Source: Octopus bimaculoides (taxonomy: Eukaryota). From it: a stretch of DNA of 64,000 nucleotides. The notes beneath the pieces are model-generated. The model searched no databases and was not told the DNA's origin. It saw only the letters and a list, made by a program, of their open reading frames with translations. Both the position numbers and the translations under genes were made by a program. The stretch lies in the NCBI RefSeq assembly GCF_001194135.2, contig NC_068989.1:81175646-81239645 (forward strand), given 5' to 3'. How positions within the stretch are numbered: the stretch's first letter is position 1; every line of letters begins with the position of its first letter. Positions 12,644-25,299 of this stretch are shown piece after piece.

Positions 12644-13795
12644 CTGCCAGGGGATAAATTAAAAAAAAAGAAACGCATAAAGACTAGATACAAGAAAATA
12701 ATGAGATTACATCAATTTCTAAAAACGGTACAAGGCCACAGACCCTTTAAAGGGACACTATAATCAATTAACCACCAGAAGGTTCAGTCCTAGTGGCAGT
12801 GTAGTGGCTTGTGTGCTTCAATGAGCCTAAGAGCTATGCTAGTGGAAAGAGAGCTCCTGGTAAAGCTTCCTATGCTGGATAGGTCAAGGGATGGAGGCCA
12901 GAATGATATGGATGAACTTTCGTCAGAGTAAAAATGGGTTTGCACAGAGCTGATATCTCTACCTAGAAATAGCAAAGCAAAGTTACAGAAGCATCAATAA
13001 TAATTCAAAGCCAACAAACCTGGGTAAAGGAAGGCCTTCCCTTAGAGAAACATATAACATGGTGCAGCAAAATCCAAAAGGAAACTAACATCATGCATTA
13101 CATATCAGGCCCTCCACCTGGAGTTCACAAGGGGGACACCCTAGAAATAGCTGGAGGTGGAATATTGAGGCAGAGCTGAGAAAGCAGGGATTCAATTGAA
13201 GGAAGTAGAAAAGACAGCTTAGAGTCAAGAACAGAGATGATGGGGGATGAGATATCAGAATGGGTCCAAAGAGCGGAAGCGAAAGATCAGGAAAGGTGGC
13301 TGGGTAGAGGTAGCAAGATTTTATGTGGAAAGTGAGGGATGGCAAGAGATAATGGTAGGGGTGTGAATGTACTGATGATGAACAATGGTCTAATACTAAC
13401 AAAAGTTATCTCTCCTTGTCCCTCTCTTTGGAACCACACTTTCACCAGTTTTCATTCCGCTTGTCTTCAAAAGTGTTGAATTACTTGATGATTTGCTGAT
13501 AGAGAAATGTCAAGAAACATCATCAAGTATAGCTTAACACTTTTTTATAAAAGAAGTGTAGAAAGTAAACACTCAGGTAGACACGTGCACAGGTGCACAT
13601 ACACACTTACAATAGGCTTTTTCTGTCGATCAAGCTCACTTATGAGACGTTGGTTGCCTCAGGGTGAGAGTAAGAGACCATGCAACAAGACTGAACCCAA
13701 AACCTTATGGTTCAGAAGCAAATTTCTTAGCCACACTACTTACATGGTCGTAGCTAGCTTAGAAAAGATGATTTGATCACAAAATAAGATGTTAC

Positions 13796-13905
13796 CTTCT
13801 TCATACTTGCATTCCATTTTGGATCTTCCTTGAACTGAGGTAGGCGTGTGAACAGAAGTTGTACCATATCCATAAGGGTGTGCTCAGCAGACTTCCTTAA
13901 TAACT
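13796..13905 (-). CDS. GBF1: GBF1 exon 7: (E)LLRKSAEHTLMDMVQLLFTRLPQFKEDPKWNASMKK
   Basis: ELLRKSAEHTLxDMVQLLFTRLPQFKE motif. AG acceptor and GTAACA donor; 110 nt, phase 1 to 0. Confidence 0.98.
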
Positions 13906-13956
13906 CTAAAATAAAATAAAATAAATAAAATAAACAACAAAAACATACTTTCCATA

Positions 13957-14388
13957 TACTCTTTTTAATCTTTTACTTGTTTCAGTCTTTTGACTGTGGC
14001 CATGCTGGAGCACCGCCTTTAGTCGAACAAATCGACCCCAGGACTTATTCTTTGGAAGCCTAGTACTTATTCTATCGTAGTACTTTATTCTTAATAAGCC
14101 TAGTACTTATTCTATCTTTTGCCGAACCACTAAGTTACAGGGACGTAAACACACCAGCGTCAGTTGTCAAGCTTTGTTGGGGGGACAAACACATACACAC
14201 ACACATATATATATACATATATGCGATGGGCTTCTTTTTCAGTGTCCGTCTACCAGATCCACTCACAAGGCTTTGGTCGGCCCGAGGCTATAGTAGAAGA
14301 CACTTGCTCAAGGTGCCATGCAGTGGGACTGAACCCGGAACCATGTGGTTGGTAAGCAAGCTACTTACCACACAGCCACTCCTACGCC
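13957..14388 (-). mobile_element. SINE family A, near full length, about 50 nt upstream of the exon 7 acceptor
   Basis: Reverse complement of 32817-33380, with an internal duplication of agcctagtacttattctat. Confidence 0.9.
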
Positions 14389-14609
14389 TATATGAAATCA
14401 ATTTCCAAAGAATATTACTTCATTATTGATTATATGTCTTCTGAACGCAGTTTCTGGCTTGGACAAAATGGAGAATTTTTTGGTACTCTCCCTATCTATC
14501 TCAGCTCTTACATTAACAATACCATCTCTGTTATTTCTGTCTGTAATTATCAGTGGAACAGTGTTAATATTCTCAGTCTTAGCAATACTGTTCATATTTT
14601 CTTTTGGTT

Positions 14610-14640
<31 letters not shown>

Positions 14641-16512
14641 GCTGCTGCTGCTGTTGTACGCAACAATACTTTGTGTTACTCTGTTAATAACATTAGCATC
14701 ACTGCTATTCACATTCTGTAACTTCCACTACATATTTACATCTCCAGGAGTAGTTTCTACAACTCCTGAAACAAGAAGGTTGATGTCACCATCTAGAGGA
14801 GTACTCTCTCTCTCTCTAACTTCTGATGTAACACTGTGATATCATTTCTGTCCACCTCCTACATACATAATATAGAACTTGAAGATGAAAATGTCAATAA
14901 CCACATATTGAACTGTGTGTAAGCAAACTGAACTGAAAAATGGAGCATTTGCTTCAATACATAAAATTCAAATGCAAATCGAATAACTAGAAAGCAACCA
15001 CACAAAGTGAACTCAATTACAATTGTGATCTTAAAAGGTTATTTCTACATCATTATTTAACATCTGTTTTCAATGCTGGCATGAGTTGGATGGTTTGACA
15101 GGATCTGGCAAGATGCAGGGCTGTGTTGAGCTTCAATGTCAGCTTTGACATGGGTTCTACATATAAGGCCAAAAATTTGAGTGAAAATGTTTGTCGATAA
15201 GACTGACCCAGTTCTTGACCCAGGAGAGCAGAAAAGCAAAACTGACCTCAGTGGGATTTGAACTCAGAGCCAATCCACTACCTGTTTATTCAGAATGAAG
15301 TAACAAAGATAAAAATTATAAGCTGAGTTGTTTAATTTATGGTACTATGTAAAAATATATCACAAATTGAGTCAAAAGAGAGAGTCTCTATGCAGTTGCT
15401 TGACTTTCTAGAAATAGCACCCAAATCTCCCTCAACTCCCTCCTCTTACCATTTTGAAGTCTCAAACAAAAAAGACATATTGAATAATATATCTGGAAAA
15501 GGTGATGATCATTGATAAAATATCTTTGATAATAGATCAACATGAGGGCTGATCTGTGACTAAACAACAACTTATGACAAAGATGTAGTTGTAATAACAT
15601 TAAGCAAATATACTAATCTGTAAAAAAAAAATCTATATTAGCATGAGGGGTTGGAAAAAGAGGAAAAGGGTTATGATGATGGCATAAAACTATAAACAGG
15701 AAACTATTATCATCCCATGAATTAAATCTGTTGATGACTGACAAGTATATATTTTATGATGAATCAGTCCAGTTGTTAAGGAACCACTTAAAGCTTATTA
15801 ATCTATTATTCATGTGTGACATGGATAACAATAAAGGAGGAGGTGTTCAGGAGAGTGGTTTCTCCATTGCCTTTGTCAAGGCTATAAGAGGATTAACAAG
15901 TCAGTAATGTAAGCCAATGAAACAAACACTACTTATATAATACTCAAATAGGTTACAAACAAAAAATGTTTATTTTAAAACAGCAATTTACACCAGGGGT
16001 GAATTAGTAGAATCAGACATAATTCCTTGCAGTTTTCATTCCAGCTCTTTACACTCCAAGTTCAAATCCCATTGAAGCCAACTTTGCCTTTCATACTTAT
16101 GGTGTTCATAAATAAAGAATCCAGTACCAAAGTTAATTCTTCTCTGAATTCCACCTCTAATTCAAAAGAGATCGGACCTTGGTACATTATGTCCGCTAAG
16201 CTGATCTAAGAATTGTGCTAAAAGTATGCATGTCTGTGGAAAACTCAGCAGTTCATGAGTTAATTTCATGAATAAGAATTTAGTTGTTTCAACAACTGCA
16301 TGTTCACTGTTGAGTCCAACAGAGAATCCATCACTCATATACAGTGAAGAAGCAAGTATTAAAAGCCTTGCAATATAAAAGCAGTGAATGGTCAATGACA
16401 CAGTGCAAACTATTGATTCTCCCACTAACATCATATGTATGATGGACTAAAAATAAACCATACATTTTCAAATTTCTGATGAAGGGTCTTGCTTAAAACA
16501 GGAAGCCTTTCA

Positions 16513-16878
16513 TTGGAGTTCATTTAAGTTCCATGTATCTAATACATGTGGACTACAAAGTCAGAAAACAGCACAGCTCCCATGACTTTTGGAAACATGT
16601 TTTCACACTCAGAGTTGCTGAAGCATAGAAGAAGCTACCTGCATCAGTTGTTAGTTGCCGAGACATTGCATCCTTTAAAACCTCCATGCTTCCTGAAATT
16701 CACCAACACTACACCTGATATCCCCACCTCCATATACATGCACACATGTATATCATGATTCATACACTGTTCACTTTCCTGGCTTTTGTACATAATCCTA
16801 TGTACTGTACATGCACCTTTGATGAGTTGTAGTGCACCTGAGCATTATACACAATAATTTCATTATTATTATTATTAT
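16513..16878 (+). mobile_element. CR1-like LINE 3' end with (ATT)n tail
   Basis: Clearly homologous to 37790-38150. Confidence 0.85.
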
Positions 16879-17039
16879 AAACAAATACCAGTTGCCAAAT
16901 AGTGTGTGACAAACACAGACACAGACACACATACAGACATATATATATATATATATATATATTGATGTGTCATGTGTCTTTGGAATTCCACAATATACAT
17001 GTATGTGTGGTGTGTATATATGTATATATATGTATATAC

Positions 17040-17089
<50 letters not shown>

Positions 17090-18316
17090 CCTAATAAGTA
17101 GGAAGGTAGATAAAACACAAACCCCTTCAGGTAGATGGCCCTGCTCAGTATGTAGAAAAGGAGTAGGTAGTAACTCTATAAGATGTACCCGGTGCAAGCT
17201 ATGGACACATAAGAGGTGAAGCAACATCAAAGGCAGGTTAACTAGCAAGTTAGTTTTTGTTTGTGGCAGATGTTCAGGTGCAATAAAGACTGTAAACAAA
17301 CAGGAAACAACTTCTANNNNNNNNNNNNNNNNNNNNNNNNNNNNNNNNNNNNNNNNNNNNNNNNNNNNNNNNNNNNNNNNNNNNNNNNNNNNNNNNNNNN
17401 NNNNNNNNNNNNNNNNNNNNNNNNNNNNNNNNNNNNNNNNNNNNNNNNNNNNNNNNNNNNNNNNNNNNNNNNNNNNNNNNNNNNNNNNNNNNNNNNNNNN
17501 NNNNNNNNNNNNNNNNNNNNNNNNNNNNNNNNNNNNNNNNNNNNNNNNNNNNNNNNNNNNNNNNNNNNNNNNNNNNNNNNNNNNNNNNNNNNNNNNNNNN
17601 NNNNNNNNNNNNNNNNNNNNNNNNNNNNNNNNNNNNNNNNNNNNNNNNNNNNNNNNNNNNNNNNNNNNNNNNNNNNNNNNNNNNNNNNNNNNNNNNNNNN
17701 NNNNNNNNNNNNNNNNNNNNNNNNNNNNNNNNNNNNNNNNNNNNNNNNNNNNNNNNNNNNNNNNNNNNNNNNNNNNNNNNNNNNNNNNNNNNNNNNNNNN
17801 NNNNNNNNNNNNNNNNNNNNNNNNNNNNNNNNNNNNNNNNNNNNNNNNNNNNNNNNNNNNNNNNNNNNNNNNNNNNNNNNNNNNNNNNNNNNNNNNNNNN
17901 NNNNNNNNNNNNNNNNNNNNNNNNNNNNNNNNNNNNNNNNNNNNNNNNNNNNNNNNNNNNNNNNNNNNNNNNNNNNNNNNNNNNNNNNNNNNNNNNNNNN
18001 NNNNNNNNNNNNNNNNNNNNNNNNNNNNNNNNNNNNNNNNNNNNNNNNNNNNNNNNNNNNNNNNNNNNNNNNNNNNNGCGGGTGGCACATAAAAGACACC
18101 ATTTCGAGCGTGGCCGTTTTCGTGCGGGTGACACGTAAAAGCACCCACTACACTCTCTGAGTGGTTGGCGTTAGGAAGGGCATCCAGCTGTAGAAGCTCT
18201 GCCAAATTAGACTGGAGCCTGGTGTTGCCATCCGGTTTCACCAGTCCTCAGTCAAATCGTCCAACCCATGCTAGCATGGAAAGCGGATGTTAAACGATGA
18301 TGATGATGATGATGAT
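17090..18316 (+). mobile_element. RTE LINE fragment with a Cys-rich PHD-like finger, gap, then 3' UTR and (GAT)n tail
   Basis: GRWPCSVCRKGVGSNSIRCTRCKLWTHKR...CGRC; the RTE 3' UTR resumes at 18078. Confidence 0.75.
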
Positions 18317-21300
18317 ATATATGATGGGTTTCCACACAGTTTCTGTCTACCAAATTAACTCAAAAGGTATTGGTCATTGGTCAACCCAGGGTTATAGAAG
18401 ACACTACCAAGTTCCATGCAGTAGGACTGAACCTGAAACCATATGGCTGCAAAGTGAGTTTCTTAACCACACAGCCATGCATGCTCTTATGTAGATTTTA
18501 AATAAGAGTGCCGAGAAGAATAATTTACAAGGCATTTCCAGGAAGCTACCTCTTACAAACTTATATCCTACTGAGGACAAGCTTTGTTCCTCATCAGGTT
18601 AATGCTTTGGAAACCAGAGACAACAACCACACCTATTATTCCTTGTGATACTTTCAAAAAAATTTTCAACTTTTAAGTGTAACATGTATTTTTACAGGAT
18701 ACAAACTATTAACCTTTCTGGTTGAAGGGTTAATTGTTTGTATCCTGTCACTGACTGTGCAATGATTCTATATGGCAAAGCATATAATACTTGCTTCTCT
18801 ACAGTGTATGAGTGATGGATTCTCTGTCAGAATCAACAGTGAACATGCAATTGTTGAAACAACTGAACAGTTATAATGCTATGCTGTATTACAGAGAAAA
18901 ATCTGTAGATTTTAACCAGCTCTGTATATAACAGACAGATGCAAACAGGTTGTCCTTAAATACAGTTTTCTTGTGGACAGAAAAAGAACCAACTGGACTA
19001 GTTTCAAACCTCTACTGAAATTTCATCAGAGACTGAGTTACACTCTTTAACCATTCACTAAGACACTGTTTATAAACCTATTATTTCTTACAGTTTAAGT
19101 AATCTAGACTAACTGATTTTTACATTGACACTTTCTTAGCAGCTAGTCCAATCAATAAATTACTTATGCGCTAATGATATTTTGTTTCAATGTTATTCTA
19201 TACTACAAAATATATCTATAGATTTTAGTCAACATTTGACACTGACTTCATGTACAATGTCTTTGTGGAAAAAATAAGTAGGATCAACCAAACTAATTTC
19301 AGTCAGTAATTTATTAACCAAACTAATTGTTGAGAATGTATTTCAATATGCATACCACTCAACTTGATTTATTCAAGCCTTTAGCAATAGTGGGTTTACA
19401 GATGGTGTCTTTGTGATCAGTTAAGCGAGATACTCACTTGCTGATGAAATGTTAGCAAAGGATAGGAGGCAGTCCAGCTTATTCCTCTTCTCTTCACAAA
19501 GATATTGTATATACAGAACTAGATGTGAACATTTTTGTATTACATACAGTGTTGGCTAAAATCTATGGATACACTCTGTTGTACAGAATGGCATTGAAAC
19601 AAAATATTGGTAACACACAAGTAATTTACAAATAGTTATAACTACAGGCACAGACACGGCTGTGTGGTTGAGAAGTTTACCTCCCAACCACAAAGTTTTG
19701 GATTCAGTCTTTGTAGCACTTTGGTTAAGTGTCTTCAATAATAGCCCCAGGCTGAACAAAGCCTTGTGAGTGGATCTGTGCATGTGTGTTTGTTAGTGTC
19801 ATGTGACAGTTGTAAACGAGTATCAGTCATACAAGTGGTGTCTTCCGCTTCCAGTCTTCTGCGGAAACATGTCTGGTCAAGGGAAAATATTACCTTACTT
19901 GTTGAGGGTTGGCTACAGGAAGGGCATTCATCCATAAAGTCTGCCTCTATGAATTTGGTTCAACTCAAGTGAGCATGGAAAGTGGATGTTAAAATGATTA
20001 TGATGATAATGATCACACAACTCATTAGGTAACAGTCATTGATTAAAAAAAAAAAGTTAATTAGTACTAGTCTATTGATTCTGAACAGTTAGTATGGAGT
20101 TAGTATGGCTTCCATAATTAGTGTTTCTAACTTTTTAGTGACATTTTCAAATTTGTTGTTGATGGAAATCTTTAAAAGACTGACAAAGATCATTACCATA
20201 AAGTCATTAGACAAAGATTAACAAATAAAAAATAATGAATAAAAGTAAAAATATACATATATAAAAAGAGCCAATCTCAAGGTGTAGCTTGAATTTACAT
20301 GTAAATACTGAAATGTTATCTTTTTTAGAGAATCACTGACAGCATTTTATGGATTTTGTTTTTCCATTCAGGATTTCAGTGATTTTACATTTTATTCAGA
20401 GAAATGCACATCAGAAACTAGATATAAAACAAGATGTTTTTTTTGTAGCAAATGATTTGATCTGAGACAATGTTTGTTGAAACTGAAGCCATTACATTGT
20501 GGAAAAGCAATTCTAGACATCAATATAATAAAACCAACAAAAGACTTGCTAGAAATAGAAGCCAAATATCCATCAGTTATACTGTCTTTAAAAAATAAGC
20601 ACATTAGACAATGTAGTCCTAGATATGTAAAAAGATGGAGTGGTCACAGGTGGAATGGTTTTGATCATAGGTTAGCTAAGTTAGAGCTGACCTGGGGCTA
20701 AACAACAGCAATTTATTTCCCCACCCAAATTTGTAAATACAAAATATAAAAGTTTCCAAAGTTTTAAGGGTTAATGCATAGATCTGTCTCATTCTTCCTT
20801 TGTTTTTGTTTTTTCCTTACATTAATGATGTTAAGCAGATGATAGATATCTTTTCTGCATAGGACACTAAATTAAAATGGGTAACATTCTCCAAATGATC
20901 TGTTACCTATTTCCAACAACTAAATGTATTGTAGAGGCCTCAGTCAGTTAATGTTGACCATACTTCTGCACATGAAGGTACAGGATGAGGCTACGTTTTT
21001 TGGGGAAGACTGGTAGTTGTCTATCCATGCATTCAAGTCTCTACTCTAAATACCACCATGGTTTATCCATATGAAAGGTTATCATAAAAGCCAGGAAATC
21101 TCACCTGACGTTTTAACAGTACCACCAATCCATAATTCTAGACCTCATTGGAATTTGAACTCAAAAATGAGACAAATACTGCAAGGCATTCTATCCAACA
21201 CTACAATAATTGCCAATTTACCATCTTAAATCCTTTCATTAACATAATTCTTTTGAAATAGACTGTCTTTGTTTCAATTCACTTTGAAAACAGCGAAGCA

Positions 21301-22464
21301 TCTAGTAAAATAACTTTCTTATAATTAAGTTAACATGAAATTATGATGACAAGTTTCAATTTAGCTCACATAGAACAAAGGTTGGTCTCAGATTGGGATC
21401 AAAAGAGTTAAATATACTGAGAAGGAATAAATATTATATATTTTGAGAGAAAAATTATCACTATAAAATTAGTGTCTTAGAGAGGGAAAGCTTTGTTTCC
21501 CAATTGTTTAGGAGACTACTAAAATATACAATAAAATATCTTGAGTAGGTTTAAATTCAAGCACTATGAGCTAGTAATCCAATATCTTATTCACTGGAGC
21601 CATTACATACATAAGCATTTGCTAGAAATATGTAAGTTTCTGCTATTTTTGCCACCAACTTAAAGCAAACAAAATACTGCAACTTGCAGAATATATTTTG
21701 TACATAATAATTCTGGCAACATTTTGGTGACTGTCTGCCTACTTTTAATTATATAACACAATTGAAAATAACAAACTGAATGCTTGGACAAACTCTAAGG
21801 ATTCTTCATGCTGGAACATTACTGCATGCAAACACATATCTGCCATGGGAGAGTGAGAGACAGGGAGTGGTTGAGAGGTGAGTACAATGAAGAACAAGTG
21901 CTGAGAGGATGATAAGTAGGGGAGATAGGGAAGAACAGGTAACATGTGTTGAGATTGGACAGGGTTAAGGAGTGAATGTAATCAACGGTGGCTAAGGGGT
22001 GGGAGGTGACCAATGATGGATGCATCATTGTGAAAAGTACCTGAATAGTGGTGGAGAAGATCTTGTGTGCTCAAACAGAACAAAGTATTTGTTAAAAGTT
22101 AATAATTTATACTGAAAAGTGATTTTGACTCTTCTGATAACCAACCCACCTAAGACTGCTCTTTGCTCTATGATACATACTTACTGTTTTTAATTAATCT
22201 AAATCAAAACCATTCATCAAAATTTCAAGGTGACTTATGTCCTAGCTTAGTAATGGCAAAATTATTTTACTAGATTCTTCATTATTTTCAAAATAACTAG
22301 AACAAAGACAGAAATATGATATCATAAGGAAGGTGAATGAAGTACACTCTTTCCTTCTTGGTTACGACTCCTTGAAATGCCACTTCATGCCCTAGGTTGG
22401 AAATCCTTTCCTTTATTGTATTTGAAAGACATTCATTTCACAATTTAATGATGATTTCATCATA

Positions 22465-22603
22465 TCATCATCATCGTTTAATGTCTGCTTTCCATGCTAG
22501 CATGGGTTGGATGATTTGACTGAGGGCTGGTGAACCAGATGGCTACACCAGGCTCCAATCTGATTTGGCAGAGTTTCTACAGCTGGATGCCCTTCCTAAC
22601 GCT
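22465..22603 (-). mobile_element. 5'-truncated RTE 3' tail
   Basis: Reverse complement of the shared RTE 3' end. Confidence 0.8.
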
Positions 22604-23333
22604 AAAAGTAATATAAAATTTAATAAAGATGTTGACCTCGCCACAGAAAGGAACTAATGGTAAAAGCAGATTGGCCAATGATGTGTGCAGATATCTCTTA
22701 AGTTGGCAATTACTCTTTATGGAAAACGAAGAGACTGTCGAAGAAGATCACACTCAGTTTCTTGGAGGCATCCTGAAAATGTAGGGAACACGAACATTCT
22801 ACCTCACCACTATACCACTGTTTGTGTCCTTGTACATTAAGACATAGACCAGCATTTCATTACCTCATGACACTACTAGAAGATAGCTGTAAGACTTGTT
22901 TGTGTAGATCGTAAGCAACACCCCTGCTACTCAAGCAGTGTCAATGAAAATACACTCACACGTACACATGTATACATTCACATACACATATATGTACACA
23001 CACACATGATGACTGAAATAAAACCAAGAACAATGAGGAGACCAAATATATAACTGGCTACTAACTGAGTCACAAACATCAAGGTGTAGAGCTTTGCAAA
23101 GGACATGCATTTCACAAGTTAACAAGAAGCAAATCAAATGAAATATTAGACTGCATGAAGCTATTAATTCTGTCGTGAATATGGACCAATGGCAAAAATA
23201 GAATTGGCTTGTGATGAGTTTACAACATATCTAATATTGCAGATTACCACTAATAGAAATGGAAAAGGGGAGAAAAAGAAGATGATAATGATGATTTGCA
23301 GTAGATAGTAATAAACTATGCATATTTTCTTAC

Positions 23334-23442
23334 CACTCAATCTCATCTCAAAACAGATTCTGAAGCAAGACTGCATGATTTCACAGACAGATTCATTTGT
23401 AAGTAGCACTCCAGCTGGAGACAGCAGCAACGTTCGAAGTAC
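23334..23442 (-). CDS. GBF1: GBF1 exon 6: [36 protein letters not shown]
   Basis: [23 protein letters not shown] matches GBF1. TTTTTGTAG| acceptor, G|GTAAGA donor; 109 nt, phase 0 to 1. Confidence 0.98.
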
Positions 23443-24429
23443 CTACAAAAATATAGTAATTATGAAAATAAATTAAATGTATTAGTTGTAATGTGCTAAG
23501 GTATTGAAAATTTTTATATGAGACAATACATTACTTTTCTCATAATGATGAGATAATTTAGAAAGAAAAATGAATATGAAATATCGTAATTAAAAAAGAT
23601 AATAAGGTAAGCACCATAGAAAAAGATAAATTCTCAACAAAGAAAGTGCAGGTATGTGGTTAAGAAGTTTGCTTTGCAATTATGTGGTTCTGGGTTCACT
23701 CTCACTGCATGGTACTTGCAGAACCACTTTTACAAGACCCTCCTGCAGATCACCTTGATAAAGATTGACTGGTGATTTTAAGCAGACATGTTGGACAACT
23801 CCTCACAGCCATCTCCGTATGCCATTTCCTGATGGACATAAAATTTATGTCTTGTGTATTTGCCTTATGAGTAGGTGAAATAGAAAGTAGGCTCATATGA
23901 AATATAGCTATAAGTGGCTACTAGTGATGTTACTGACTATCATCATCATTATCATTCACTTTCCATGCTGGCATGAGTTAGACAGGTCGTCACAGTCTGA
24001 GTCAGTCCTTTGGAATTACCACCCTCCTAGATGAATGGGAAGATCACATCTCACTTGTACGTTTCAGTCTTGGCTTGGTTTCTACTATTAGATGCTCTTC
24101 CTATCACCAACCACTTTACAGAGGATATTGAGTACATTTAATATGGCACTGATACTAGTAAAGCTGTGGTATTCTTGACAAGGCTACAGAGTCCTCTTGA
24201 CTATGTCATCTCAACTTGATCACTAACCACTACAAAGAGCGCACTGGACTGGATGCATTTGATTGTGGCCCCAAGCACTAATGGTTTCTTCTATAAGACT
24301 AACCCTTTACACACACACACATATATTTCTGATAAAAACAAATAAAATTAAATAAATTCATTATTCACAATAACAAGGCGGATAAATGTCACATTCTTTT
24401 AACAATAACAGGAAAATATAAAACCTTAC

Positions 24430-24548
24430 ATGTAATATTTTCATAAGAACAACTTCATCCGAACTAGGATCTGTGCCAACAAATCGAGCATGTGTTACAG
24501 CATCAGCAATGTTTTCTATTGCTGGAGCTGCTGTTTTACAGGAAGGTT
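24430..24548 (-). CDS. GBF1: GBF1 exon 5: (E)[39 protein letters not shown]
   Basis: [25 protein letters not shown] motif. AG acceptor and GTAAGG donor; 119 nt, phase 1 to 0. Confidence 0.98.
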
Positions 24549-24894
24549 CTAAAACAAGACAAGGATTTAACATGTCAAATACTATTAGATACGATGAATA
24601 GCAAAAATATCTATTATTTGAAGAGAAAGGCAATGGAGAAAAAAAACATAAAAAAGGAAGACTTTTATCAAAATGTTTTAACAAGTGACTTCTTGTTCTC
24701 TTCCTCTCCATACTTCCTGTCAGTATGGTCTTGAGCAGTGACTCATGGTCCATAATATGATAGTTTTATGGACTTGTTACCTTGTAAATGCTACTGCCCC
24801 AGAAACAGTTATCTTTTTAAGAGTGGTGGTTAAAAGTTTGGAACAAACAATTTGATAAATCTGAAATCAAAATGAAATAAAAACAGTTACTTAC

Positions 24895-25026
24895 CAATCA
24901 ACCCATAGGAGATAAATTTGTTGACAGAGGTGAGAGCAAGTCCAGTGATTGGCCCTGTTGTATCTTCTGATCGGATTACTCCAAGGAATGGACTTAAAAA
25001 TGCATTTGGTTCTAGATCACCCAAAT
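24895..25026 (-). CDS. GBF1: GBF1 exon 4: (D)LGDLEPNAFLSPFLGVIRSEDTTGPITGLALTSVNKFISYGLI
   Basis: Contains the GBF1/Gea motif IRSEDTTGPITGLALTSVNKF. AG acceptor and GTAAGT donor; 132 nt, phase 1 to 1. Confidence 0.98.
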
Positions 25027-25299
25027 CTAAAAATAAAAATAATGCAAAAATTTTATATGATTTGATGCTTAGAAACATTCCAGAGAGACAGGACTCTTAC
25101 ACATTTTGTTATGTAATCTTCTCTAGTTTGTTAGTCACAGTTCAACTCTGATCAAGCAGGCCTATGATCAAAGGTATTCTAGCCATGACCATTCCATGTG
25201 GTATTAGGCACCTTGACCTACACTATCTAATGTGTTCCTAATTATGAAAGATATGGTGTGATTCAAGGGAACTATTACTAACAGATCATGTGCCCTGCA

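Noticed and set aside
14426-14839. 137-aa hydrophobic ORF on + resembling a membrane protein
   Set aside because: It is the antisense shadow of the hydrophilic decayed frame on the minus strand.
18785-18870. C/D snoRNA reading (GTGATGG...CTGA)
   Set aside because: Imperfect C box, wrong strand for the host gene, and the host-strand paralog has CTAA in place of the D box.
20474-20701. 75-aa ORF on + in intron 6
   Set aside because: No recognisable motif or coherent splice context.
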